Below the pieces are notes generated by a model. The model worked only from the letters and a program-made list of their open reading frames with translations, ran no database searches and was not told the origin of the DNA. Source: Glaucostegus cemiculus (lineage: Eukaryota). From it: 64,000 bases of DNA. This document shows, one piece after another, positions 35,970 to 49,700 of the stretch. Within the stretch, counting starts at the first letter, position 1; each line of letters begins with the position of its first letter. The stretch spans positions 930,001-994,000 of the forward strand of contig CDPCPM010000160.1 in NCBI GenBank assembly GCA_976551045.1, read 5' to 3'. Position numbers and translations under genes: made by a program.

Positions 35970-37109
35970 CGCAGAAAGTTTGTGAAGCGATACAAAATGT
36001 TGTTTAAAAAGGAAAAAATTGCATTCTTATTTCTGTCTTTGAAACATGGACTATAGAATGGACAGAAACCTGCCACAAGTTCCCTGCGACTATTATATGA
36101 CAGACATCATACAGTGTGGGCTGGAGACAGGTGCAGAGAGACAATGAACATTAGTGGAACAACTTTACTGAACCGGTCGCTGTGTAAAACTTACAACTTG
36201 ACAGGAAATATGCACTTTCAGGACACCTGAGAAAGTTACGGAGCTTCCGTCGTGTTTACCTCCATCAGTTAAAACTCCACATACGTTCCGACTGAGAACC
36301 AGAACACCACACCTGTGATGCAGAGGGATCGGTTGGTTTATGAATCGCGAGGATAACAAGACAACAAACCAAGGAAGTTTCCGCATCATAATGCCTCTAT
36401 CATGTTTCCATTACAACCGTTCTCCGTGTCACCCTCGGTTCTTCCAGTCTGTCTCGCTGTCATATCCCCTTCCAACCCTCGCCTGGTTGCCACTCACATT
36501 TCCCCCACATCATTCCCGTACAAAGTGGATCCTCTCCCTTCTTGATGCAGATCATAGACTGGTCCGTCCTTGACCGCTTCCGCCGTCCACTTCCATAAAC
36601 GAAACGAAGCGTCGAATTCAAATTGTTGGCGAACCAGACTCTGTGTTTCCATTGGCCAGGATCCTCTTAGAGCCGCTCATGTGTTGCCGCTACGCAGTCA
36701 TTCCGGGTATAATGACCCCATATTTTCTGTGTTTCCGAGGAAAAGATCGCACTCTCAGCGAAATCTGATGCAGCGTGAGTGATAATTTATTCAACACAAC
36801 ATCAACAGATATTTTACTGCACAGTGTCCAGCCTCGCCTGTCTGGGCGCAGTGTTCTGACGTCTTTCTCGACAGCAATGAGAACTTGCTTTCATTACTCA
36901 GAACCATTGGATGCTGGAACTTCCATCCTTTCTGTGTCCACCTTCCGACAAATGAGAAGACTGGAAATTCTGCTGCCATCCTCACTTCACCCTCAATGGG
37001 AGACACAGAGAAAAATGCGAATGTGAATGTCGCGTTTCCGTAAACGAAACTGGAAAGCACAACAACGAGTTCGCATGCCACAGGAAGTAAAGAGTTATTA
37101 ATATAAGAA

Positions 37110-38990
37110 AATATGAATATAAGCAGTAGGGACAGGAAAAGGACATATGCCCTCATGACCCTTCTCCGCCATTCAATAAGATCGTGACTGATCTGGCCAT
37201 GGTCTCAGCTTCACCTACCTGCCATTTCCCCATAACCCTTAATTCCCCTACTGTGCAAAAATCTATCTAACTATGCCTTAAATATATTTGATGAGCTCGT
37301 CCCTCTGAATCCCACAGATTCTCTACTCTCGAGGAAAGCAGCTTCTCCTCACATCCGCCTTGAATTTACTCCCCCGAATCTTGAGGCTATGCCCTATAGT
37401 TCATGTCTCACATATCAGTGGAAAAAAACTTCCTGACTGAGCACTCTTATCTCTCCCTTTCATAATATGTTTCTTTCAGATGCCTTCTTATTCTTCTGAA
37501 TTCCAGGGAGTATAGTTCGAGGCAATTCAATATCTCCTGACAGGCTGAGCCACTCAACTCGGGATCACTCCAGTGAAACTCCTGTGCACCGCCTCCAATG
37601 CCAGCAGATCTTTTCTCAACCACGGGGAGTAGAACTGCACGGAATATTCCAGGTGCCGCCTGACCAGTCCCGTGCAGAGTTCCTCCCTGCTCTTAAATGC
37701 AAACCCTCTTGCAATGAAAGCCAACATTCGATTTGCTATCTTCAAAATGTGTTAGAACTGCAAATCAACCTTTTGCAATTCATGCAATCACGTCCCCTTG
37801 CCCAAAGGCATTTTGCAATATTTCACCATTAATTAATAACCTGGTATTCTTCTTTTTCATCCTAAGTGGCTGACATCGCATTTACCAACATTGTACAACA
37901 TCTGTCAGACCCTTGCCGACTCACTTCACCTATCGAGAACTTTCATTTCCTTATTGCTTGCTTAGTGGTTTTTTGTTGCTATGTAACGTTTTCATAAACT
38001 TCCAGTTTCCCACTACTCTTGGAGACTTTGTATGCACGAGATTTCAGCTTGATGCCTTCTTTAATTACCTCAGTTTCTCAAGACTGGCTCCCACCCTCCC
38101 CCTTAACTGTCCTTGCCTTTAACGGGAATATACTTCGGTTCAGCACCATAAAATATCTCTTTGAAAGTCTTTCACTATTCCTCAATTATCCCATCATACA
38201 GCCTGCGTTTCCAGTCCTTGCTCATTCCGTTGTAGTCTCCCTTGTTCGGGGAAAATACAACGGTTTATGATTCAACTGGGGCACTCTCCAGTTCTATGTG
38301 AAATTCACTCATGCAATGATCATTCTTTCCAAGAGAGTCCCAGACAACGTCGTTAATTTCAACAGGCTGAATGCACAGGAGCAGATCAAAGACAGCATTA
38401 TTCCTCGTAGGTTCAATAACATGCTGTTCAAGGAAGCTCTTATGCATGCATTTTATGACGTCCTCCTAAATACTGCCTCGACCAAAATGATTCGCCCAAT
38501 CTATGTGGAATTTAATGTCCCCATAGACACTTGCCGTTCCATTCTGACATGAATGAGATATTTCTCAATTTATTGCCTGTGCCACTGTCATGTTATTACT
38601 CAGTAGCCGAAACACCACCGGCACCAGCGATTATTATCCTTTACTATTCCTAACTCTTCGCAGATGGACTCAATATTCTGCTCCGTTGATTTCATGGCGT
38701 CTCTCACTATCGGCCTGATCTCATTCTTATTTAAAAGCGCAAACCTACTTCCCTTTCAGATAAAGTGCCCTGACTCTCATTGTATTTTTTTATAATCCAG
38801 TAAATCCTTGTGTCCTTTGCATTTGAATTTACTGTACTCCACTCTCACTTTTCCCTTTACTAACTTTTCCTCTGGTCTCTCCTTTACTTCCCGCTTTCCT
38901 TATGCATGGATTCCCATCCCCCTGCCATATTAGTTTCAAACCGCCCCAAGAGCACTCGCAAATAATCCCCCGAGGATATTGATCCCCTCC
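37110..38990 (-). mobile_element. Decayed, internally deleted CR1 LINE (endonuclease to 3' UTR)
   Basis: FLEQHVIEPTRNNAVFDLLL...LGKNDHCM (APE endonuclease); ANRMLAFIARG...LVRRHLEYSVQFYSP. Confidence 0.88.
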
Positions 38991-39685
38991 GGGAATAAGT
39001 TGGCTTGTGTTTTGTACTTAGGTGCAAGGGGTCGATGCAATGAAGGCAACGTGATAAATGAACACAGGTACGTATTTGTATGACAACCTGGGCACTCTGA
39101 AACCTGGTCTATTGATGAGCAGGTGGAGAACCACAGCATTGTTGGTGACAGGTTTCCGACAAGGTGGAGAAACAGGTGTTGGAATAAAAACGTGCTCATT
39201 ATGAAATGGCAAGGTGCAGTATTTGACAGGCGAGTCCCTCGGCGGAGCGCTGTAAATGTTCGAGTTGCACAGGACTCAACAGCAGGTTCCTCTCACGGTT
39301 ACAATACATGCGTCACTCCATTTGTATCATTAATATTAATTGCAAATAGCTGAGGCATTGGGTGTCACCCACGTACTGATGGGCGGACATCGGGCCGAGA
39401 CGTTAAATCTTTCTCACTGCACACATACTGCCTGACAGGCCGAACATTCCCCCATATAGCTGACCCGTTTTCATTTATATTCCACAGTACTACCAATGTA
39501 CAGTTTAGGGACACTGCTCTGTGCTAACTGGCTGAGTAATCCGTTCATTTTCCTGGATCTCAGACTCAGGTCCTTTACCAAGATCCACATTAGACAAAAG
39601 TATCCTCTGGTGTATTTGAAAAATGTTCACACATCGCTTACCTCTCTTCAGTTTGTACCTTTCTCAACTGCCTTTCCCATGAGAA

Positions 39686-39770
39686 AATAAAGCAAATAAA
39701 CAATTTGTATCGGCTTGCAACGTGTTTGTCAAGTAATTATTTATTTCATCTATCCCAAAATTGTAATAAA
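39686..39770 (+). terminator. AATAAA cluster, possible polyadenylation site of gene 1
   Basis: AATAAA at 39686, 39695 and 39765 with GT-rich sequence nearby; no transcript evidence. Confidence 0.3.
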
Positions 39771-40479
39771 TATAACCTTCAATTGGCTCCTATATTCAGT
39801 TTTCCTCCACATTTAAACGAACGGAATTTAGCATCCGTTGGAATGCAGACCGTTCAACGGGATATTCAAGAAGTGTTTGTGATTTCCTCCTTCCCCTCGC
39901 GTCGAAGTCCAATCCACTTTGTGTTCAGGTCATGTCACGAGACAATGACATGAGGAAGCCATTAACTTTGCCCAGAGATTTGACAGACGACAAAATGAGA
40001 TGTGCGTGAGGTCTTGTCCGAGTGAGTTGTAAAGATATCTGAAAGCTTTAGTGCTCCACACCTCGGGACAAGTAACCACCACTTGGTAATTAACTCATTA
40101 AGTAGCTTTGACGCAAACATGAACATTGGTTGAGTTCAATCAACTAATCTCTGTGAGGGGAGAACGACAGCTGACTGGTCCATGCGCCCTGTCGACTCTT
40201 TACGAAGACTAAAGAGGATCACAAGCGGCACCGGGCTCATGACTGATTCCCCGGAATCTGCTTCCAACCCCTCCTTCGAATCATTTTTTACCCAAATGCA
40301 CAATGTGCTAAATCGAAGTGGAACAGAAGCATGTGAGAGTATAAGAAATAGAATCACGATTTGGCCACGTTGCCAATCCTGGTTGTTCCACTATTCAGCG
40401 AGCTCGTGGCTGATCGTTCAAAGGTGCCAGTCTTGACCAGACCTGCACACACCCAATTCCCCCAAAATCCTATTTCTCT

Positions 40480-40766
40480 GCCTTCCTTCTAAACCACCTG
40501 CTCCTCACCCACACCCACTTCCCTCTCACTTCCTTCCCTTCACCGTTCCCGTCTGCAAATCCCACCTTCCTTATTTGGTTCCATGCTCCATTTTCCTTTT
40601 CTGTGAGGTGACATTATTTACAACCATTTCTGGCCTCTACCGATCACCTCATAGCCTCCGTCGCCATCTCTACCCTTCTATCTCCGAGCAGATCCCATCT
40701 GCCAATGACCCCTTCATACCTGGATCCACCGATCACATGCCAGCTCCTGCCTCAGTCCTTCTCCTC
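40480..40766 (+). mobile_element. Penelope-like repeat fragment interrupted by the L1 insertion (continues at about 42059-42120)
   Basis: Pyrimidine-rich ...GATCCACCGATCACATGCCAGCTC similar to 49110-49150. Confidence 0.5.
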
Positions 40767-42058
40767 TTCATTCTTTTTCAATCTTTTTTATTGATAACAA
40801 ATCAATACAGATTAAGATATATAACAACAATGTTTACACATGTATTATAGAAATATCAAGTAACTATCGTAGGTAATCTTAAAGAAAGCAATAAAGTTTG
40901 ATACATATATAAAAGAAAGTTCCAACTCTCTCGGTTCATAAGTGTAGTGTAAAAGATAGAAAAGAAAAAGCTTTGTTATATAATTTTAAAAAAACACCAA
41001 ATCAATTTTAAAAATCATAATATATAGAGTAAATTAAACCGAAAATGAATTTAAAAAAGAACAAATAAATAAAACTAGAAAAAAAAAAAACTGGGCTAAA
41101 ATTTTCAATAGAAATAGAACAATATGATGTCGTCAGCTCCGTTTCTCTAAATTTAAAAAAAAAGTTAGAAAAGCGGAAACTGCATCATATGAAAGTATTG
41201 AATAAATGGACTCCAAATAGCTTCAAATTTAAGCGAAGAATCAACAGTACCACTCCTATTTTTTTCCAAATTAAGACATGATATAGTTTGGGAAAACCAT
41301 TGAAAGGTGATAGGGGATATTGGATCCTTCCATTTAAGCAGAATGGCTCGTTTGGCCATCAATGTAACAAAAGCAACCATACGATTAGCAGAAGCAGGTA
41401 AATGGCCAGACTTTATCCATGGTAATCCAAAACCTGCAGTAATAGCGTGAGGTTGTAAATCGATCTTCATACATCTGAAATAATATTAAAAATGTCTTTC
41501 CAATATTTTTCCAAATAAGGACAGGACCAAAACATATGCGACAAAGAAGCCACGTTCGATTTGCATCTGTCACATGCAGGGTTTATACGGTCATAAAAAC
41601 GAGCTAGCTTATCTTTGGACATATATGCCCTGTGCACAACTTTAAACTGTATCAATGAGGATATATTAACTAAATGAAGAATTTTCTTCCAAGACTCTAT
41701 AGATATAGACATCTGGAGTTCACTTTCCCCATCATTTTTAATGTGACCGTAATGTGAATGTGACCGTATTTTCATAATTAAATCATAAACTATTGCTGCC
41801 AAGCCCTTCTGATGGGGATTAAAACCTAAAATTTTATCAATGATTTCGTCTTTATAAAGAAACGGAAAGGAGGGTATAGTAGCGTTTAAAAAAATTTAAT
41901 CTGCAAATATCGAACAAAATGTGATCTAGGTAAATTAAATTTATTATACAGCTGTTCAAAAGATGCAGAACAGTTACCAGTGAATAGATCACGAAAGCAT
42001 ACTATTCCCTTCCTTTTCCATAAGGAAAAATCTGTATCCGGTCTGGATGGTTGAAAAA
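40767..42058 (-). mobile_element. 5'-truncated L1/Tx1-clade LINE (ORF2 C-terminus and A-rich 3' UTR)
   Basis: IQFKVVHRAYMS...CDRCKSNVASLSHMFWSCP zinc knuckle; LMAKRAILLKWK...F..IW.PF; AATAAA and A-rich tail; flanked by CCTTCTCCTC direct repeats. Confidence 0.9.
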
Positions 42059-43750
42059 CCTTCTCCTCACCTCTTCATCCCAGCTATCCCAACTCTGCTC
42101 TATCAGTCCAGTAGGACCTCTTCCTCTACCGTACGGCTCCATTATCTACTCAGTTGATGTGTGTGGAAGAATAGCACTTGGACAACATGCCAAATCGAAA
42201 CATGGAAAATCTTTTAATTGTTTTACAGAGAAGCATTGACACATGGGAGCAGCACATTTACGAAACACGTAAAGTGAACGGAGATATGGGATGTATCGGT
42301 ATTCTGCAAATAATAAATGACGTCATGGTTTCATTAAATTGGACGGTTGCCAAACGAACTGAATCAGAGTATCTGCAAGCAGACCATAGACCGAGCTATT
42401 TGGCCCAGCGATCAGGAACCTAAACTGGCGACAAGCACTTGATTGGATGCGTTTAAAGGCGTTTGGAATAAAACACACAATGCGGGAGATAGTCAATAGG
42501 TCAGGCAGTATCTCAGGAGGCATACCGAGATTATGATTCAGCTGGAGATAGTTTCATCAAAACCCGGTGACGTGTTCATATGAATGACTGAACTGAGGAG
42601 ACACTGGCACCAGAAGGAAGGAGTGCGCTTTGCGCAATCCCATCCTCAATATCCCTCTTATTTATGCAAACACCTGATGATTATTGCAATTTGCTCTGTT
42701 ACACTGAGCCCACTTTTAACCCAAGATCATTATTTCTGTCTCCTCTGAAACCTGCAACCATGGTAGCAATGTTCTATTTCTGCCCGTGGGTTTTCCTTGT
42801 TTTACTTGAGGCCAGGGTTAGATAATGCCATATGTGTATTTGGCTCCTCATCCATCCTCTTTGGTTCCTGGACTCCTTACTTTGCAGTATTAAGGACTGA
42901 AAAACCACGTTTCTTTGCTCCTAATTTTACCAAAACCCAAGGTTAACGCGTCACTCCTGTCCATTGGAAGGTTGATCTCTGACTTCCCGGACAATTGCCC
43001 CTCCACTACGTCTACGTCAACTTTTGCCTTCCTGCCACAGGCTGAGGGCGGGACAGTGACATAGGGTAGAAGACAGGTTCGAGGCAGCTGTGATTGTGGG
43101 ATCAGGCGCAGAGGATGTGATTCCCATCGTGAATGTTCACGATCTCTCGGTCAGCTGGATGTCCCCCAGAAAAATCTGCTGATGTGTTGTTCAACCCTAA
43201 AGCAACTCTCTCCTGCCGAAGGGGAAGTTCGGGACTGTAAGCCGCACATTATTGTCACCTGAGACGGGGAAGTCAAAGTCACCTGACCGCATGCAAAGCT
43301 ACAGTCCGGTCCAGGCTAGAGCAAAACCGAAGCCAAGCTGACGACTTCAGAGCGACACTCTGCCATGGTTTCGGGACTGTGCGAGGGAACTGGTCAGAGA
43401 CGGACCAATCAGTAATCTGGGTTAAGAGTTTCGAAGATCACATTGTATGGCAAAGTTGAGGGGGGAAATGTGGGTGGATGCGGGAAGAGTGTCTATTAGT
43501 TTATTTCCATGGGTTGTAGGGGAGTGGGGTCAGGTGAGGGAATCAAGGCAATATGACACCACAAACTCATAATCCTCAAGGATGTCTCCGTCCTGGGGAT
43601 GTGCAACTGGGGAAGGATATCAGGGCGACATGCACAACAGTTGTTAGGGAAACGTGAGAGACGTATTGCACAGCGGTATCTTCCTCCATCGGTTGTCCTT
43701 CTGCCGTCACCATTCACCAGCCAGCAATCCTCTTCTCGTCACCAACGACC

Positions 43751-46700
43751 TCATCTGTGTGAACAACATAGAGTTCAAGTTTATATTAACCATCTAAATT
43801 TTACCAACTTTTGTCGTCAACTGTTTTACCCAGCCACTTCATTTGTTTAATAATGCCACTGGTTCACTAACGATGATCCCGTAAAGGATCATTGACTCCC
43901 TCCATGTCCCCGCCTACCTGCAAGCCGAAAATCCTACATATTATACATCAGTTAATCATAGGCAACATGTTAGCGAGCACAACCCGGCCCCGCGTCTGTT
44001 ACACAATGGCGAAACATGGAGAACTAATGGATGCGCTTCCTTTTCAAATAACATATTGGATCACTTGTCAAATGATGTTCCCACATACCTCTTCAGGTCG
44101 CTGTAAACGGATCGATCTTCCAGCTTCAGTCCCTGTTAAACGTGAATAAATCTCCATGATTCACAACACATTGCAACAGAATCCGTCATTGACAAAAAAT
44201 AAGTTAAAGATCGTTAAAAAATACCTCGCGAGTATTTAACACTTGGACACTGAATGGAATTGAGGGACATGGGGACCAGGGCTGAAAGCGCATCTGAGAC
44301 ACACAGTTATGACATTAAATGGCGGAGGAGCCTCAAGGAGTCGAATTACTGACACTTCCTTGTGTTTCTTGGTGGGTGAAATGGAAGCATTTCCTTCAAG
44401 AAGGAATGAACAAAGAAGTTCTCTTACCATGTAAGTGGAGTTTCCATCTGGTGCATTCGTACTTATATTCTGGATAGAGAAAAAATATATATATTTGGCA
44501 ATAACACAAAAAATTCAATGATCTCTCCCCACACACATGTACTCCGAGATCAATGTTCACATTCTTTACTCAATAATGCACTGTTCGCTTGTTCTGAACT
44601 CCGCCTGATTTTAACACAGAGTGATAGCGAAATATTGTCTCTGAGATGGTGAAAACCTCTCAAGGCAATTACACCATTCGTGAGGCTCTAGTACTTCATA
44701 TGAACACAAGAAATAAGGGCAGGAGTAGGCCATTTGGCCCATCGGCCCTGCTCCGCCAATCAATAACGTTGTGACTTATCCGGCCGTGGACTCAGCTCCA
44801 CCCACCTACCTGTCCCCCATAACCCTGAATTCCCCCCAGCATACACAAATCTACCGAACTGCGTCTCACAGATGTTTGAAGAGACAGCCTCTACTGTTTC
44901 CCTTGGCAGATAATTCTACAGATTCAGTACTTTCTGGGAAAAACAGTCTTCCCTCATCTCCATCCTAAATATATTCCACGAATATTGAGGTTATGCGTTA
45001 TCGCCAATTCCATGCACACTTTTATTATAGATAAGTCTTTACTTCGACACCTTATTGAACACCTTCTGGGAATTAAAGTACACAACATCCATCTGTCCCC
45101 TATATCCGCTACGCTCATTATATCCTCAAAGAACTCCAGGAAGTTTGTCAAACAGGACATTCACTTCCTGAAACCATGCTAATGCAAACGCTCTTATTCA
45201 TATGTCTCGTTGTTTCTTCATTGGAGTTAGCTTCAAGCATTTTCCTGACTACAGGTGTCAAGCCAACTGCCATATAGTTGCCAGCCGTTTGCTCACATAC
45301 TTTTTAAACCATGCGCCGAGACCTGCCCAAAGTCCAGAAATTTTGGTAAATTCTCACAACCCCGTCTACTATCACTTCCGCAATTTCTTTCAGTTCCCCG
45401 GGATACATCCCATCAGGACCATAGTTCCTATCTGCCTTTCGGACCACGAGTTTACTTATCACTAACTCTTTACTGACAGTGAATGTATCGAGGCCCACCC
45501 CTCCCATCGCATCCATAACAGCATTCTTTGCCATGTTAGACGTCTCCTCCAGCGTGACGACAGACCTGAAATAGCGATCCTAGGTCTTGGCCATTTCCAC
45601 ATTACCCAAAATTAATTCCCCCTTCTGTCGTTTCGAGGAACCAACGTTCATTTTAGCCACCATTTACCGCTTTGTATAAATACAAAACCATTTACAATCT
45701 GTACCTGTATTTTGTGCCAGTTTTCTTTCATAATCTATCTTCGTTTCCTTATTGCTTGCTCGGTGGTTCTTTGCGACTTTTTAAAGATTACCCAATCTTC
45801 CAGTATTCCACTGCAGTTGGCGACTCTGTCTGCGTGAGCATTTAGCTAATGGCTTCCTTTATTTGCTCTGTTATCCAAGGCTGTCTCTCCGCACGCTCAT
45901 TGTCGTTGCCTTTAACTGCAATATCGACTCCCTCGACCAACTAGATGTGCCCAGTCCATGTGGAAGTTAAGTCCTCGAGGACAAATGCCGTTGCATGCTA
46001 ACATGCATCAGATATTTCTTGGTTTATTACCTGTGCCACTGTCATCTTATCATTCCGTGGCCTACAGACAACTCCCACCAGTGCTTTTTTCCGGGAACCA
46101 GTCCTAACCTCCACCCAGATGAACACAATACTCTAATCATTTGATTTCATACCGTTTCTGACGATCGGACTGACCTCATGCTTAACTGAGAGCGCTACCC
46201 TACCTTCCTAAACTTTCTGCCTATCCGGCCGTATTATGTGAGTGCCTTGCATATTTAATCCCCAAACATCTCTACCCTACCACTACATTTCTGTAATGGC
46301 AATTAAATCAAACCCCTTTCTACTGGTTTGTGCCACTTCACTGACCTAGGTTCGAATACTGTGGGCATTGACATAAAGTGACTTTTAGATTCTAACAAGC
46401 TTGGTGCCCTTTGCATTTGAATTTTCTCTATTCCACGTTTACTTTTCTAACATTTGCTTTACTCTCTGCATTGCTTCCCTCTGTCGTTCTGCATTGATTG
46501 CCATCCACCTGACATATAACTTCAAACCCTCTGCAACATCGCGAGCAAGGACATTAACCCCAGTCCTGGCAAGATGAAGATCATTCGGTTTATTCAGGTC
46601 CCACTTTCCAACAAACCGGTTCTAATGCCTCAGGTAATCTAAAACCCTCCCCACTGCACAACTGATCAAGCCACATATTTATCTAAACGGTGCTGAATGG

Positions 46701-49700
46701 CCTACCCTGATCAGTCACTGGCACTGATAGAAATCCTGACGTTATTACCTTCGAGGTCCTACTTTTTAACATAACTCCTTGCTCGCTAAATTCGGGTTTT
46801 AAGAAATAATCTCGGTTTATCCCTATATTGTTGGGACCTATGTGCACCATGACGGTGATATAGTGGTTGTTTCTGTCGACCAACTCGTCTTCGTAACCAT
46901 TCATCATAACGCACGAATTTAGATCTGTCTGTGGAAGTAGGGGCTTGAATTTTAAGTAATATCTAAAACATGTATGACAAATTGTGGCCTAAAGTGATGG
47001 CAATCATGTACTGTTGCTTGTAATAAACACTGAGCAGGCCTACAACTGATCTCAGAATGAAATCTGCCACCTTTGTCCAGCCTTTCCTCCCCTTGTAACT
47101 CCAGCTCCACCCATATTATTGCCATTCGGATGACTCTACAGATCAAGATCAATGTCAATCACCGGCCGACAACAATTGCGGGCGTTGTCATGAACGCTAC
47201 TCCCCCGTAAACGGAGAAGTTTAAGAAGTCCGACATAGGACTCGGGAAAGGAAAGCTAATGCATGCAGTTCAGAGCTGCCAAATACAAAACTACTCTCAT
47301 GGCTGCGATGCAACATCGCCTCTCCTTAAAACAACACCTGAAGCCACGAATATAATGCCAGGTACCAACCTGTTCATTCCTTGGGAAATTTTCATAGGTC
47401 TGCAATGCGTTCACGGTGTTTGTGGCCAAGGTGCCTATGGAAATAAAACACATGCAGTCACAGCAGCGAAAAGCATCAGGAGAAGTTATTCAGCACAGAG
47501 GAAATCTATCCGGCTCCATTCATGGGACCAGCTATCAAATTAGGTTCATGACCTCTCCTGGCTATGAGCAAATGAACATTCGTCCAGTAACTGAGATCAT
47601 ATTATGATGAAAATAAAGAGAGATTCGCTTTGCATAAACTCGTATTCACCTTCCACACTCACATTCTGGTATTGAGTTGAAAAGTTCAACTTATTTAACC
47701 GGACAAAACGTTTAACATAACAGCGGAATTAGTGACCGTTCATTAAGATGCAAATATCCAGCTTCAGTACCGGGTGACACACAGTTCATCAGATCAATTC
47801 CCAGAGCCAGAGGAAATGTTAATCTTTCCATGGGTGCAGTAACAGAGCGGATGAAAAGGAGTTCACTCACTCTTTCCTCCTGAAGTGATGCTCGTGCCAT
47901 ATTTTGCCTGGGGCGGACCTTTCACCCTGAATAAACATGAAGAGGTCAAAGGTGAATTCTGCAGGAAGTTATTTCCTTGGACTGACACACCGAGTGAGAA
48001 CTGCTTCTGAAATCGCATTTACTGGCAGTCGAGTAATTCCTTGCAGCTGTTCCAGCTATCCGATTTACCCACTTTACCCACTTCTCAATTGTAACTCGAG
48101 TATGGATTAATAAACTCATGATTTGCGGACTGAGGTTAGTTGTTATCGACAGGGTAAAAGAGAGTCATTAATACCCAGGAAAGACACATCAGTGCAGGCG
48201 CCAGATGTCCTCCACTGCACGGCTCTATTTCTATTCCTCAGACTTCTACATATGTCCCCACAATATATATATTTATCCAGCTTCCTCAGCTACCACATTG
48301 GACGCACTTTCAAAGCATCTGCAGGGAGATCGTTAAATCTTTCAACAATGCGCCTTGCAGAAACAAAAGCATTTCTTCGACAAGTACCCTGTTGCGTTTA
48401 TTTTCTAATTGTGACTTTAATCCTCGACTCTTTTGCCAAGGTCACCAACCTCCCACTCTCCACATTATCCACCTTCCACATCAGTTTTTGTGCTTCGCTC
48501 AAGTCTCCACTCAGCCTATCCTTCTCCAAGGAAAACAGTCCCAGTCTCTCCAACCTATCCCTGATCCCAGGAACCACTTTCCTCTATCTGTTCTGGGCTC
48601 TCGCTGAAGTTCTCAGCTGCTTACTGTAATGTGGTGACCAGAAGTAAAAATTAACTCATGTATCTTACAATACGGACAAGTTTTCTTTTCTGTTTTATAT
48701 ATCTTCCATCCTATAATACTCCTTGCGTATGTGGATAAAGACAGGAATTGCTTCTGCCTTCTTAACTAATATAAGAGGGAAACCACTGCATATTACGCCT
48801 CGGTGGTGTCTAACCTGACCCAACAACATCGAATTCTATAACTTCAGGTAACCACTCCCCTCTGTCAATCTTTAACCTTCTGCGACCGGCCCCTCCAGTC
48901 CATCTATTTCCCCTCCTCCTCCCTCTCAATCTGCCCTTCACCAACGTATTCCTCCTTCGGTTTTCCCTCCCTAACACCTTCCCTTTAATCTGTGGACCAC
49001 TGCCCTCTCCTATCAGATGACATCTGGTTCAGTCCTTTCCCACTTCCATCTAACACCTCCCAGTTCCTGAAACCCATTCTCATTCTACCCTGCCCTCACC
49101 TGCCAATCATCTACTCTCTTGGATAGACCTATCACCAGCCAGCTCTTGCTCAAACATTTCCCCAACATATTTATACTGGCTACGTCCCCGCTTTCCTTCC
49201 AGGCCTCTGGAAAGGTCACGACCTGAAACGTCAACACATCGCCAGCCTGCTCATGCCCCACCAACTCCCCCATCTTTTTATACTGCCTACCTCCCCACTT
49301 TCTTTCGCGTCCTCTGGAAAGGTCTCGACCCGAAAAGTCATCTCTACGTTTCCGTCCACAGGTGCTGCCTCCCCGTTGAGTTCCCCCAGCTACTTTGTCT
49401 GTAACTTCCTCCATTAACCTCCAACATCGGAAATTCGCGTTCATGGTGTCAACGTCCCTTTGGAGCCACAGGCGTCATTTTATTTTATCTGTTAATACTG
49501 TTATGTGGTGGGACACATTGTTCAGGCTGTAATTTCGATACAAATTCTGCCTGAATACTCTTCCCATAATTTAAGGTAGAAACAATATTCGGAAGAAAAC
49601 ACATTTACCTGCCAGTTTTCCTTGCGATGAACCAACCACTGATTCCGCTGATCAAACCCACACCAAGTGGACCAAGAACGATGCCCGCGATGGCGCCAGG

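Noticed and set aside
43500-43505. Minus-strand AATAAA as the gene 2 polyA signal
   Set aside because: Plausible position, but paralog homology continues past it and there is no transcript evidence; not called
47110-47240. Minus-strand hydrophobic stretch YGGVAFMTTPAIVVGR*LTLILICR resembling a TM or GPI-signal exon for gene 2
   Set aside because: The real TM exon is at 49609-49720; this stretch lies in an intron between cytoplasmic exons, has an in-frame stop and only a weak GAG acceptor
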